64,000 bases of DNA from an uncultured Candidatus Saccharibacteria bacterium (GCA_964650645.1 CAZYUH010000001.1:475099-539098); one strand, 5' to 3'. Positions 27,882 to 43,485 are shown, counted from the first letter of the stretch. The notes: generated by a model not told the origin, from the sequence alone. Made by a program: numbers and translations.

Positions 27882-28256
27882 ATGGCCACGGAGAAGGACC
27901 AGGAGTTTTTGGAATTCGTCGTCAAGGGGCTCGTCGAGCATCCCGAGGACATAAAAGTGAGCCGGGTCGTGGACGAGATGGGCGTTCTCCTGACGCTCGA
28001 CCTCAATGCCGAGGATATGGGCAAGGTCATAGGCCGCTCGGGCAATACCGCCAAGGCCATCCGCACCCTCCTGCGCGTCGTCGGGATGAAGCACAACGCG
28101 CGCGTCAATTTAAAGATTAACGAGCCGGTCGGCGGCCAGCGCAGCATGGACGCCGGCGGCTCAGCGGCCCAGGGCTGGGACGGCACCCACGAGGCGCCCG
28201 CCACTCCCGCCATGAAGTCCATAGACGAGGCCATGGGCGAGCTCGATAATTTCTAA
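27882..28256 (+). CDS. KH-domain RNA-binding protein (KhpA/YlqC-like)
   Basis: GxxG loop VIGRSGNTAKAIRTLL; conserved position after rpsP. Confidence 0.85.
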   Translation: MATEKDQEFLEFVVKGLVEHPEDIKVSRVVDEMGVLLTLDLNAEDMGKVIGRSGNTAKAIRTLLRVVGMKHNARVNLKINEPVGGQRSMDAGGSAAQGWDGTHEAPATPAMKSIDEAMGELDNF

Positions 28257-28378
28257 AGCTCCGCGAAATCGGCCGGCAAGCGATACCCGACTTTTCTGAT
28301 GAAAATCGGCTGATCCTCATTCCCGAGGGTCGTCAGACGATGCCTGCGGAGCCGCTTGCCGGCCGATTTCGCTTCGAC
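28257..28378 (+). repeat. structured intergenic element, copy A: CTCCGC / GAAATCGGCCGGCAAGCG stems enclosing a CCGAC-TTTTC-tgat-GAAAA-TCGG hairpin; begins at the stop codon
   Basis: Second copy at 53983..54092 (about 80% identical over about 110 nt) and a related core at 10424..10489; 18-bp inverted repeat GAAATCGGCCGGCAAGCG / CGCTTGCCGGCCGATTTC. Confidence 0.55.
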
Positions 28379-28380
28379 AC

Positions 28381-28416
28381 GCGAAAGCCGCCTGCAGGGC
28401 GGCTTTCGCTTTTGCG
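28381..28416 (+). terminator. intrinsic terminator (GAAAGCCGCC-tgcag-GGCGGCTTTC + GCTTTTG)
   Basis: 10-bp stem followed by a T-run. Confidence 0.65.
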
Positions 28417-28438
28417 CGTTCCGCGCTACCTTGGGTGC

Positions 28439-28873
28439 ATGGAGAAGGGGCTTATACGCGTATCGGTCATCGCCTTCTGCCATGACGGCAAGGGCAGGTA
28501 TCTCCTGGGCAAGCGCTCGGCGAATTGCCGCGACGAGCAGGGCAGATGGGATCCGGTCGCGGGCGGCGGCCTCAAGTTCGGGGAGACGGTAGAGGATGCC
28601 GCGCGCCGCGAAATAATGGAAGAAGGCTGCGCGGAAGCGAAAGAGCTGGAATTTCTCGGGTATCGAAACGTCTTCCGCGAGCAGGACGGCCAGCCGACGC
28701 ACTGGGTGGCCATGGACTTCAGGGCGCTTATAGACCCGGCGGAGGCGAAGATAGGCGAGCCGCACAAGTGCGATGAGCAGAAGTGGGTTACTATCGATGA
28801 GCTTGAAAGGATGCCCGACCTGCACTCGCAATTCCCAGTATTTATAGAAAGCTACCGAAGCAAACTTGTATGA
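28439..28873 (+). CDS. NUDIX hydrolase (144 aa)
   Basis: Nudix box GGGLKFGETVEDAARREIMEEGCAE; start at internal ATG 28439 (MEKGLIRVSVIAF); the 5' part of the track ORF lies over repeat A. Stop overlaps the trmD ATG (ATGA). Confidence 0.8.
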   Translation: MEKGLIRVSVIAFCHDGKGRYLLGKRSANCRDEQGRWDPVAGGGLKFGETVEDAARREIMEEGCAEAKELEFLGYRNVFREQDGQPTHWVAMDFRALIDPAEAKIGEPHKCDEQKWVTIDELERMPDLHSQFPVFIESYRSKLV

Positions 28874-29520
28874 ATTTCCACGTCGTAACGCTCTTTCCGG
28901 AGGTTGTCGAGGCGTACGCGCAGGCCTCGATACTCGGCCGCGCGCAGAAGCAGAAGCTCCTGAAAGTGAAGGCTTACCAGCTGCGCGATTACGCCGGCAA
29001 CAAGTGGGGTAAGGTGGACGAGCGCCCCTACGGCGGCGGCCCGGGCATGGTCCTGCGCGCCGAGCCCGTCATAAAGGCGGTGGAGAAGATCAGGAAGGGC
29101 AAGGCGAAAGTGAAGGTGCTCGTCACTTCCGCGGGCGGCAAGCCGCTCACCAATGCCTATGCGAAGGCCCTTTTGAAGAACAAGGACGTCGTCATCGTCT
29201 GCGGCCGCTACGAAGGCATCGACGCGCGCGCCATGAAGGCGCTCAGGGCCGAGGAGGTATCCGTAGGCCCGTACATCCTGACGGGCGGCGAGGTGCCGGC
29301 CATGGCGATCATCGACTGCGCCGCGCGCCAGATAAGGGGCGTGCTCGGAAAGTTCGAGAGCCTGGAAGAGAGCAGGGTAGCGAGCCACGATATCTACACC
29401 CGCCCCGAGGTCCTGGAGGTGAAGGGCAAAAAGTACCGCGTGCCCAAGGTCCTGCTGAGCGGCCATCATGCCAAAAAAGACGAATGGAAGAATGAGCGGC
29501 GCTCGAATCCCGGTGCATAA
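28870..29520 (+). CDS. trmD: tRNA (guanine37-N1)-methyltransferase
   Basis: SPOUT/TrmD motifs (VVIVCGRYEGIDARA, GPYILTGGEVPAMAIID). Confidence 0.9.
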   Translation: MNFHVVTLFPEVVEAYAQASILGRAQKQKLLKVKAYQLRDYAGNKWGKVDERPYGGGPGMVLRAEPVIKAVEKIRKGKAKVKVLVTSAGGKPLTNAYAKALLKNKDVVIVCGRYEGIDARAMKALRAEEVSVGPYILTGGEVPAMAIIDCAARQIRGVLGKFESLEESRVASHDIYTRPEVLEVKGKKYRVPKVLLSGHHAKKDEWKNERRSNPGA

Positions 29521-29603
29521 CCCGCATTGACCCATAGTCCCGCTTTGATACGCTCATGGAGGTGTTCGTTCCCGCACCTTTTCATGCAAAGGAGGATGAC
29601 CGC

Positions 29604-29885
29604 ATGTCCCAGGTAAAGCAGAATCGGGCGCATTCGGCAGGACAGGAGAACGGCAGGCTTGTCGCAGGCGCGCTGGTTATGGTTAAGCGGAGCTTCAGCG
29701 CCGTGCCGGCCTCCGGCTCAAGGGCGAAAATACGCATTTCCGCCGGCACTACGGGCATAATCGAGGACGGCGTCGTAAAGTCGTGCGTCGTAGGGGAGCC
29801 GGACCTCCCTTTCATCAGCTTTGAAAAGCCCGGCGGCCGCGTCGTGTGCGTCGCCGCCGACCCTTCCGCTATAGCGCCGCTGTAG
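29604..29885 (+). CDS. hypothetical protein (93 aa)
   Basis: GGAGGA RBS 7 nt before ATG 29604; occupies the position usually taken by rplS but has no L19 similarity. Confidence 0.4.
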   Translation: MSQVKQNRAHSAGQENGRLVAGALVMVKRSFSAVPASGSRAKIRISAGTTGIIEDGVVKSCVVGEPDLPFISFEKPGGRVVCVAADPSAIAPL

Positions 29886-29906
29886 CGCATAGGGCCCGAT
29901 TCCAGA

Positions 29907-29935
29907 GCCGCCGGCGCATGCCGGCGGCTTTTTCC
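29907..29935 (+). terminator. intrinsic terminator (GCCGCCGGC-gcat-GCCGGCGGC + TTTTTCC)
   Basis: Perfect 9-bp hairpin. Confidence 0.7.
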
Positions 29936-29950
29936 TTGTGGACGGGCCGT

Positions 29951-29978
29951 TTGACAGCCCTGCATATATGGCTATACT
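29951..29978 (+). promoter_or_regulatory. consensus promoter TTGACA-16-TATACT upstream of rpoBC (about 280-nt leader)
   Basis: TTGACA 29951-29956, TATACT 29973-29978. Confidence 0.65.
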
Positions 29979-30255
29979 GAATAGCGAAACCAACGGGCAG
30001 GCCGCGGGGGCCATGAGTGAGTATCGAGTGGGGGTTTCGATACAACTAAAGAGGTGTGGATACTTTCACCTAAAGCTTCATAAGGAAGCAGGGGAGCCCT
30101 TTGGGCGACCCGGATTTTTCGTGTTTTGGCTGTGTGCATAAGTCAGTTGACTCCTAAGCATTTGTGCGAATAGCCATTGCCAGGAAAGAGAGAGGTGGGT
30201 GCGTCGGGCGCAGGTGCGGGTCCCTTTATCAACGTCCCTTCATCTTACAATCATC

Positions 30256-37107
<6,852 letters not shown>

Positions 37108-37127
37108 CGCGAAAAATTATAAAAAAG

Positions 37128-37158
37128 ATAAAGGCCGCGGATGGAAATCCGCGGCCTT
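37128..37158. terminator. terminator hairpin (AAGGCCGCGGAT-ggaa-ATCCGCGGCCTT)
   Basis: 12-bp stem between convergent rpoBC and the GNAT gene. Confidence 0.6.
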
Positions 37159-37163
37159 GTCCG

Positions 37164-37805
37164 TTATTCGTCACCTTCGAGCTTCCAGGCAAGGCTATGG
37201 CTTGTCTGCCCGCCGCCCGCTTCTTCCTTGCGGAAGGCGCCGGCTTCGAATCTCTTCCAAGCCTCCCGCCATTCATTTGCATGCGCCTCGAGTATGAGCT
37301 CGTCGTGGAACGCGCCGCGGCGCAGCGTGTGCTTCTTGAGCCGGGCGACGACCTTGTACCCGCACTTCTCGCTATACGCCTTGCTGCGGCCGTTGAAGGC
37401 TATGACCCTCGATTCGACCTTGCGCAGCCCCAGCTCATTGAATGCCCAGTTAAGGAGCAGCATCTTGGCATCGCTGCCGAAGCCTTTGTTGCAGTGGTCC
37501 TCGAGCATGACGGCCCCGGTTACGGCCCGGCGGTTTATCCAGTCTATCCTGTGGAGCCCCATGGTTCCGACAGGGGTCCGTTTCCCATCCTTGAGCGCTA
37601 TGACGAACACGGCGTTGTTGTCGGACGTGTTCGCCCTCTCTACCCACTCCAGTTCTTGCTTCTCGCCTATGGGCATGGCGCGTCCGAGGTATTGCCGGCT
37701 TTCAGGCTCGTTCTGGAGCCTTAGCGCGAGCGGTATGTGCGCCCGCCCGGGCACGATAAGCGAGCAGCGGGCGTTTGCATGCGTTAGGAACGGCGGCATC
37801 TGCAT
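37164..37805 (-). CDS. GNAT-family N-acetyltransferase (RimJ/RimL-like)
   Basis: NKGFGSDAKMLLLNWAFNELGLRKVESRVIAFNGRSKAYSEKCGYK; ATG 37805 with AGGAG 6 nt upstream. Confidence 0.75.
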   Translation of the reverse strand: MQMPPFLTHANARCSLIVPGRAHIPLALRLQNEPESRQYLGRAMPIGEKQELEWVERANTSDNNAVFVIALKDGKRTPVGTMGLHRIDWINRRAVTGAVMLEDHCNKGFGSDAKMLLLNWAFNELGLRKVESRVIAFNGRSKAYSEKCGYKVVARLKKHTLRRGAFHDELILEAHANEWREAWKRFEAGAFRKEEAGGGQTSHSLAWKLEGDE

Positions 37806-37988
37806 ATGAATCTCCTGTTGTGAAAGAACCGCGCTGGTACGAAAAGCTCCGGCTTTCGTCCAGCCGGAGTCCTTCAATACTGAGCGTGAGGAGATGTATT
37901 AAATGACTGCGCTTGGACGAATTGCACGGGCAAGGGCCCCCGAGATGGAGGTCCATGCATGCTTATTCATCTGTGCGCAGCGATTCTG

Positions 37989-38017
37989 CATATTCCACAT
38001 ATATCCTGCAAATGCAT
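37989..38017 (-). promoter_or_regulatory. minus-strand promoter TTGACA-17-TATATG with an about 175-nt structured leader before the GNAT gene
   Basis: + strand catata (37989-37994) and tgtcaa (38012-38017); leader contains a GC hairpin + TTTTCG (37836-37870). Confidence 0.45.
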
Positions 38018-38044
38018 TCCTGTCAATATAAAGAAAAAAGCCGC

Positions 38045-38068
38045 CTCCGTAAGGAGTGCGGCCTTTTC
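38045..38068 (-). terminator. terminator (GCCGC-loop-GCGGC, T-tract on minus strand)
   Basis: Downstream of the 31-aa peptide gene. Confidence 0.5.
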
Positions 38069-38084
38069 GATGCGCCCCGGCTTT

Positions 38085-38180
38085 CTAGAAGAAGTCGAAG
38101 CTGACCAGTGTGGAGCAGAAAAGGATAGCGCCGAAGAAGAAAGGAGAGACGAAGACGGTGAGCGCGACGGTCTTGAACAT
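38085..38180 (-). CDS. 31-aa hydrophobic peptide (MFKTVALTVFVSPFFFGAILFCSTLVSFDFF)
   Basis: ATG 38180 with GGAGG 7 nt upstream; consensus promoter 38211-38239; terminator 38045-38068; below the track's length cut-off. Confidence 0.45.
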   Translation of the reverse strand: MFKTVALTVFVSPFFFGAILFCSTLVSFDFF

Positions 38181-38210
38181 CGAAACCTCCTGAATGAACT
38201 GTATAGATTA

Positions 38211-38239
38211 ATTATACACCCAAATAGTATACTTGTCAA
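38211..38239 (-). promoter_or_regulatory. consensus minus-strand promoter TTGACA-17-TATAAT
   Basis: + strand attata 38211-38216 and tgtcaa 38234-38239. Confidence 0.65.
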
Positions 38240-38319
38240 GTATGTTGGGTGTGGGGTAAAAAAGCTTGCAGGACACAAGAAAAGCGCCGCTCCCGAAGGA
38301 TGCGGCGCTTGTGTATGGG

Positions 38320-38547
38320 TTATGGGTGTTTTATTAAGGCTATCACTGTCCCAAAACAAGCTATACCTATTAGAACCAGAATTACATACTCCACTAGTTT
38401 CCTCCTGGTATTGGCGGGCGTCTCCCGTTCCTTCTCGTCGGGCTCTTCAGCCAGGAGCCTTTTACAGAAAGGACACTGTGCTTTGTCTTTTCCTCCTCTT
38501 GCTCCTTTTATGAGCAGTCCGCAATGGGGGCATGCAACGGTCTTCAT
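38320..38547 (-). CDS. small zinc-ribbon (CPHC...CPFC) protein with C-terminal TM helix (75 aa)
   Basis: ATG overlaps the stop of the upstream gene (ATGA at 38544-38547); terminator hairpin 38280-38306 downstream. Confidence 0.55.
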   Translation of the reverse strand: MKTVACPHCGLLIKGARGGKDKAQCPFCKRLLAEEPDEKERETPANTRRKLVEYVILVLIGIACFGTVIALIKHP

Positions 38548-38732
38548 TCTTCTCTCCGTCCTGTGCCGTCATTCTCCGGGCGCTTCTCTATGAGGTGGAA
38601 TATTATGCCGGCGCCCGCTAAGATGCCGGCAACCTCTCCGCCGGATCCCAACAGGGAGCGCCCTGCGAGCGCAAGCAGCGCCATTAGGGCGAACATGAGG
38701 ATGCTCACCTTCCTGTAATGCTTGGCGGGCAT
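38544..38732 (-). CDS. small membrane protein (62 aa)
   Basis: ATG 38732 preceded by GAGGAGGAATAGGAG, which is made up of the EEE* codons of the upstream gene (translational coupling). Confidence 0.5.
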   Translation of the reverse strand: MPAKHYRKVSILMFALMALLALAGRSLLGSGGEVAGILAGAGIIFHLIEKRPENDGTGRREE

Positions 38733-38737
38733 CTCCT

Positions 38738-38849
38738 ATTCCTCCTCGTCGGGTTCGTCCATGAGCGGCTTGAGGGGCTTGCCGCAGTGCGGGCACTCGT
38801 AGTCGTCTTCATCCACTACGCCATCGCATTCATCGCAATACTCATCCAA
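38738..38849 (-). CDS. tiny acidic zinc-ribbon protein (CDEC...CPHC; 37 aa from the TTG start, 48 aa if ATG 38882)
   Basis: Promoter TTGACA-17-TATTTG (38886-38914, minus) ends 3 nt before ATG 38882. A TTG at 38849 with upstream AAAGAAAGGGA fits better as the start. Confidence 0.35.
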
Positions 38850-38932
38850 CGGGAATCCCTTTCTTTTCCAATGAGCCTGCATACACAAATACGCTTAAAT
38901 AAAGGTCATGTCAAGTGGTATACTATGGCTAC

Positions 38933-40576
38933 ATGGATACCGAGGTGCAGCAGGTGAAGGACCGCGTCAACATCGCCGAGGTGGTGGGGCAGTACGTGCA
39001 GCTGAGGCGCGCGGGGCGCAACTTCTCGGGCCGCTGCCCGTTCCACAACGAGCGCACGCCTTCCTTTATGGTGTCTCCCGAGCGCGGCACCTACATATGC
39101 TTCGGGTGCGGCGAGAAGGGCGACGTGTTCAGCTTCCTCCAGAAGATGGACGGCACCGACTTCCCGACGGTCCTCAAGCAGCTGGCAGAGAAGGCGGGCG
39201 TCACGCTCAAGCCCCGCGCGCGCGACCCGCGCGCCGCAGAGGCGCGCGAGCAGGAGAAGGAGAGGGAAGAGAGGCTCCGCGAGGCCTGCGAAGAGGCGGT
39301 GGCGTTCTATGAGGCGGAGCTTGCGAAGCGCGCCGACGTCCTGGAGTATCTGAAGGCGCGCGGCGTGACGCAAGAAAGCGCCAAGTCGTGGCGGCTGGGC
39401 TACGCGCCCGCCGCGTGGGAGGCGCTGTCGAAGCATCTCGTCGCGAAGGGGTTCGGGCACCCCGATATCGTCGAGGCGGGCTTCGCCGTGCGCTCGGAAA
39501 AGCGGCCGGGCGAGATATTCGACCGCTTCCGCGGGCGCATCATCTTCCCCATATTCGACGCGGGCGGCGCGCCCATTGCCGTGTCGGGCCGGTTCTATGA
39601 GAAGATTCCGGGGCAGTCGGACGGCGCGGAGCCCGCGAAATACGTGAATTCGCCCGAGACGGCGCTGTTCAGGAAGTCCAGGGTCCTGTACGGGTTCGAC
39701 CGCGCGCGCGCGGCTATTCGCCGCGCCGACTGCATCCTCTTAGTAGAGGGCCAGTTCGACCTCGTCATGGCCCACCAGTCGGGCCTGCCGTTCGCCGTGG
39801 CGCTCTCCGGCACGGCGCTTACGCAGGAACACCTTGCCCTTCTCGGGCGCCTTTCCAAGCGGCTCGTGCTCGCGCTCGATGCCGACGCGGCAGGCCTGCG
39901 CTCGGGGCTCAAGTCGGCGCTCATGGCCATGCAGGCGGGCTTCGACGTGAAAGTGCCCGCGTTCGCGCCCGGGAAGGATCCGGCCGACGTCGCGCGCGAC
40001 AACCCCGAGCTCCTCAAGGCGGCGGTGCGCACCTCGGCGACCGCCATAGAGTTCTTCATGGACGCCCTGCGCCCCGCGGCACGGGACGCGCGCGCGTACC
40101 AGAAGGCGGTCGAGCTCCAGGTGTTGCCGCTCGTCGCGGCCGTCGAAAGCACCATTGAGCGCGAGCATTTCATACGCATCATCGCGCAGAAGCTCAGCGT
40201 GCCTGAGGCGGCGGTCCGCGACGAAGTCGCCAAGCGGCCGAGCCTGCCCGAGGAGGATTCACCGCTTCTTCACCAGCCGGACGCACAATTGGCATCTGAT
40301 CCGCTAGGGAGCTTGAGCCCGCTCGACAGGAAGGCCGCCATGCTCGTATTCAATTTCAGCCGCGATTCCGCGGAGCGCGGGCGGCTGGACGCCCTCGTGG
40401 GCGCCGACCGCGCGGCGCGCCTGGAGGCCGACCTTGCGGAGCAGGCCGAGGCCCTGCGGTTCAGGTTCGAGGCCGAGGTGGGGGAGCATACGACGCCTGA
40501 AGCCATAGCGGCGGACATGCTCGCCGACATCGAGCGCGTGGCGGCGCGCGAGCGCATCAAGCTGAGGTTCCTGTAG
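38933..40576 (+). CDS. dnaG: DNA primase
   Basis: Zinc finger CPFHNERTPSF...CFGCG, TOPRIM (LLVEGQFDLV...DADAAG); TATACT at 38919-38924 only 8 nt before the ATG, so leaderless. Confidence 0.9.
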   Translation: MDTEVQQVKDRVNIAEVVGQYVQLRRAGRNFSGRCPFHNERTPSFMVSPERGTYICFGCGEKGDVFSFLQKMDGTDFPTVLKQLAEKAGVTLKPRARDPRAAEAREQEKEREERLREACEEAVAFYEAELAKRADVLEYLKARGVTQESAKSWRLGYAPAAWEALSKHLVAKGFGHPDIVEAGFAVRSEKRPGEIFDRFRGRIIFPIFDAGGAPIAVSGRFYEKIPGQSDGAEPAKYVNSPETALFRKSRVLYGFDRARAAIRRADCILLVEGQFDLVMAHQSGLPFAVALSGTALTQEHLALLGRLSKRLVLALDADAAGLRSGLKSALMAMQAGFDVKVPAFAPGKDPADVARDNPELLKAAVRTSATAIEFFMDALRPAARDARAYQKAVELQVLPLVAAVESTIEREHFIRIIAQKLSVPEAAVRDEVAKRPSLPEEDSPLLHQPDAQLASDPLGSLSPLDRKAAMLVFNFSRDSAERGRLDALVGADRAARLEADLAEQAEALRFRFEAEVGEHTTPEAIAADMLADIERVAARERIKLRFL

Positions 40577-40628
40577 GGCTTTCTGCAGAACCTCCCATTT
40601 TTGCCGGTAATGTGATATAATAATGAAA

Positions 40629-41879
<1,251 letters not shown>

Positions 41880-41985
41880 CACCCGGCCCCGTTATGCCGC
41901 TTGAATATCGAAGGGATTCGTACTAAAATCTTCATTTGGTGCGAAGGCGCCATTAACGCATCCTTCAGATTCAAAGCATAAGCAT

Positions 41986-42486
41986 ATGGACCACGGAAAG
42001 AAATTCGCCACCGCCTTCAACTGCATGGACGGCCGCTGCCAGGACGAGGTGCGCCGCTTCGCGTGCTCGCACTCGGGCGCGGGGTACGTCGACATGGTCG
42101 CGCTCGCCGGCATGGACGGCGTGCTGGCTGGCAAGACCCCGGCAGTGCCGCTCGACTCGGCGGCGGCCATAGCGCTGGCGCGCTACGAGGCAGAGGTGTC
42201 CACTAAGACGCACGGCTCGACGCGCGCGTTCGTCATAGGGCACACGGGGTGCGCCGGCAACCCGGTGACCGACGAGGAGCATATGCATGACATACGCAAG
42301 GCGGTCGAGACCGTGCGCTCGTGGGGGCTGTTCGAGTCCGTCGAAGGCCTCATGGCCATGCCCGACGCGCTGGGCGAATGGTGCCTGTATTCGGTGGAGG
42401 GCGCCGCGCCGGTGAAGGTGGTAACGGGCAGGCGCGGATGGGGCATCATCCGCTTCCCGATGCTGCGCCCGCAGGCGCGGCCGTAG
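41986..42486 (+). CDS. hypothetical protein with beta-carbonic-anhydrase-like CxDxR / HxxCG signatures
   Basis: NCMDGRC (residues 12-18) and VIGHTGCAGN (residues 84-93); weak, from motifs only. Confidence 0.3.
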   Translation: MDHGKKFATAFNCMDGRCQDEVRRFACSHSGAGYVDMVALAGMDGVLAGKTPAVPLDSAAAIALARYEAEVSTKTHGSTRAFVIGHTGCAGNPVTDEEHMHDIRKAVETVRSWGLFESVEGLMAMPDALGEWCLYSVEGAAPVKVVTGRRGWGIIRFPMLRPQARP

Positions 42487-42579
42487 CCGCCCGAAGGCCC
42501 GCTTCCTGAGAACTCCCGCCGCGACGGCGGTTTTTTTCTGCCTGATTCCTTCATGCGGCCGCTTGGTATACTAAAGGGG

Positions 42580-43446
42580 ATGGCGGCGAAACGAGCCAAG
42601 CAGAACGCGCTCCCCATACGGCACTGGAGCCACTCGAGCCTCATGGCGTTCCTTAGGAACCCCCTGGCGTGGCACAAGCGCTATGTCGAGATGGTGTTCG
42701 ATACGCCGTCGGGGCCCGCGGGCGTGGTGGGCCGCGCCTGCCACAAGGCGCTGGAGCACTATTATTCGGGCATGGGAAGCGAAGCAGCCGTCGAGCTGGG
42801 GCTCGAGTACCTGCGAGGGGTGGCGGACTTCGAGATCAATTTCGGCAAGGCGGTAACGACCAAGGCGGCCCGCCGCAAGAAGCGCGAGAGCATGGAGCGC
42901 GAGTACGCGCAGGCCGCGGGCTTCTTCCTTTCGAACCCGCCCCGGTACAAGGTGGTGGCGGTCGAGCACAAGGCGACCGTCGAGGTGAGCGGCCTGCCCC
43001 TTCCCATAAAGGCGGTGTCGGACCTGGTGGCGGTCTCCAAGGTGGACCCTAAGGGGCTCGATATCGTCGACTACAAGTTCGTCGCGGCGTTCAGCCCCAC
43101 CAAGGCCGACAAGGCGCTCTTCGTCATGCAGGCGATATTCAACTACTACGCGGTCAAGAAGACGTTCGGCAAGCCGGTGCGGCGCTTCATCGTCCACGAG
43201 GTGAAGGTTACGCGCAATGCCGACGGCCGCCCGCAGGTGCGCCGCTACATCATCGATTTCAGGACGTTCAGGCGCGAGTTCATCGTGTTCAACCGGCTCT
43301 TGCGCGACGCCACCGCGGCGCTCGCGGGCATGCGCGTGTTCCTCCCCAACCCTTCCGACATTTTCGAGGGCGAGAACAGCTTCGACATCTACCGCATCAA
43401 CCTGCCCATGGAAGAGTCGGACGCCCGCTTCCGGCCCGACGAATGA
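42580..43446 (+). CDS. PD-(D/E)XK nuclease superfamily protein (RecB/Cas4-like fold, no Fe-S cysteines)
   Basis: N-terminal WSHSSLMAFLRNPLAWHKRY, GRACHKALEHYY, ...VSDLVAV...IVDYKF..., terminal QAIFNYYAV (QxxxY); leaderless (TATACT 42567-42572, ATG 42580). Confidence 0.55.
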   Translation: MAAKRAKQNALPIRHWSHSSLMAFLRNPLAWHKRYVEMVFDTPSGPAGVVGRACHKALEHYYSGMGSEAAVELGLEYLRGVADFEINFGKAVTTKAARRKKRESMEREYAQAAGFFLSNPPRYKVVAVEHKATVEVSGLPLPIKAVSDLVAVSKVDPKGLDIVDYKFVAAFSPTKADKALFVMQAIFNYYAVKKTFGKPVRRFIVHEVKVTRNADGRPQVRRYIIDFRTFRREFIVFNRLLRDATAALAGMRVFLPNPSDIFEGENSFDIYRINLPMEESDARFRPDE

Positions 43447-43450
43447 AAAA

Positions 43451-43473
43451 CCCCCGGCCGTTCGGCCGGGGGT
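43451..43473. terminator. bidirectional terminator (A5-CCCCCGGCC-gttc-GGCCGGGGG-TTTC)
   Basis: Between the convergent nuclease (+) and DsbA-like (-) genes. Confidence 0.7.
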
Positions 43474-43485
43474 TTCATTGTGCGC

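Noticed and set aside
37959-38513. 184-aa + ORF and 130-aa minus ORF 37967..38359
   Set aside because: Both span promoter, terminator and small-gene elements on the minus strand, contain Leu-homopolymer and Ser/Pro-rich junk, and have no expression signals.
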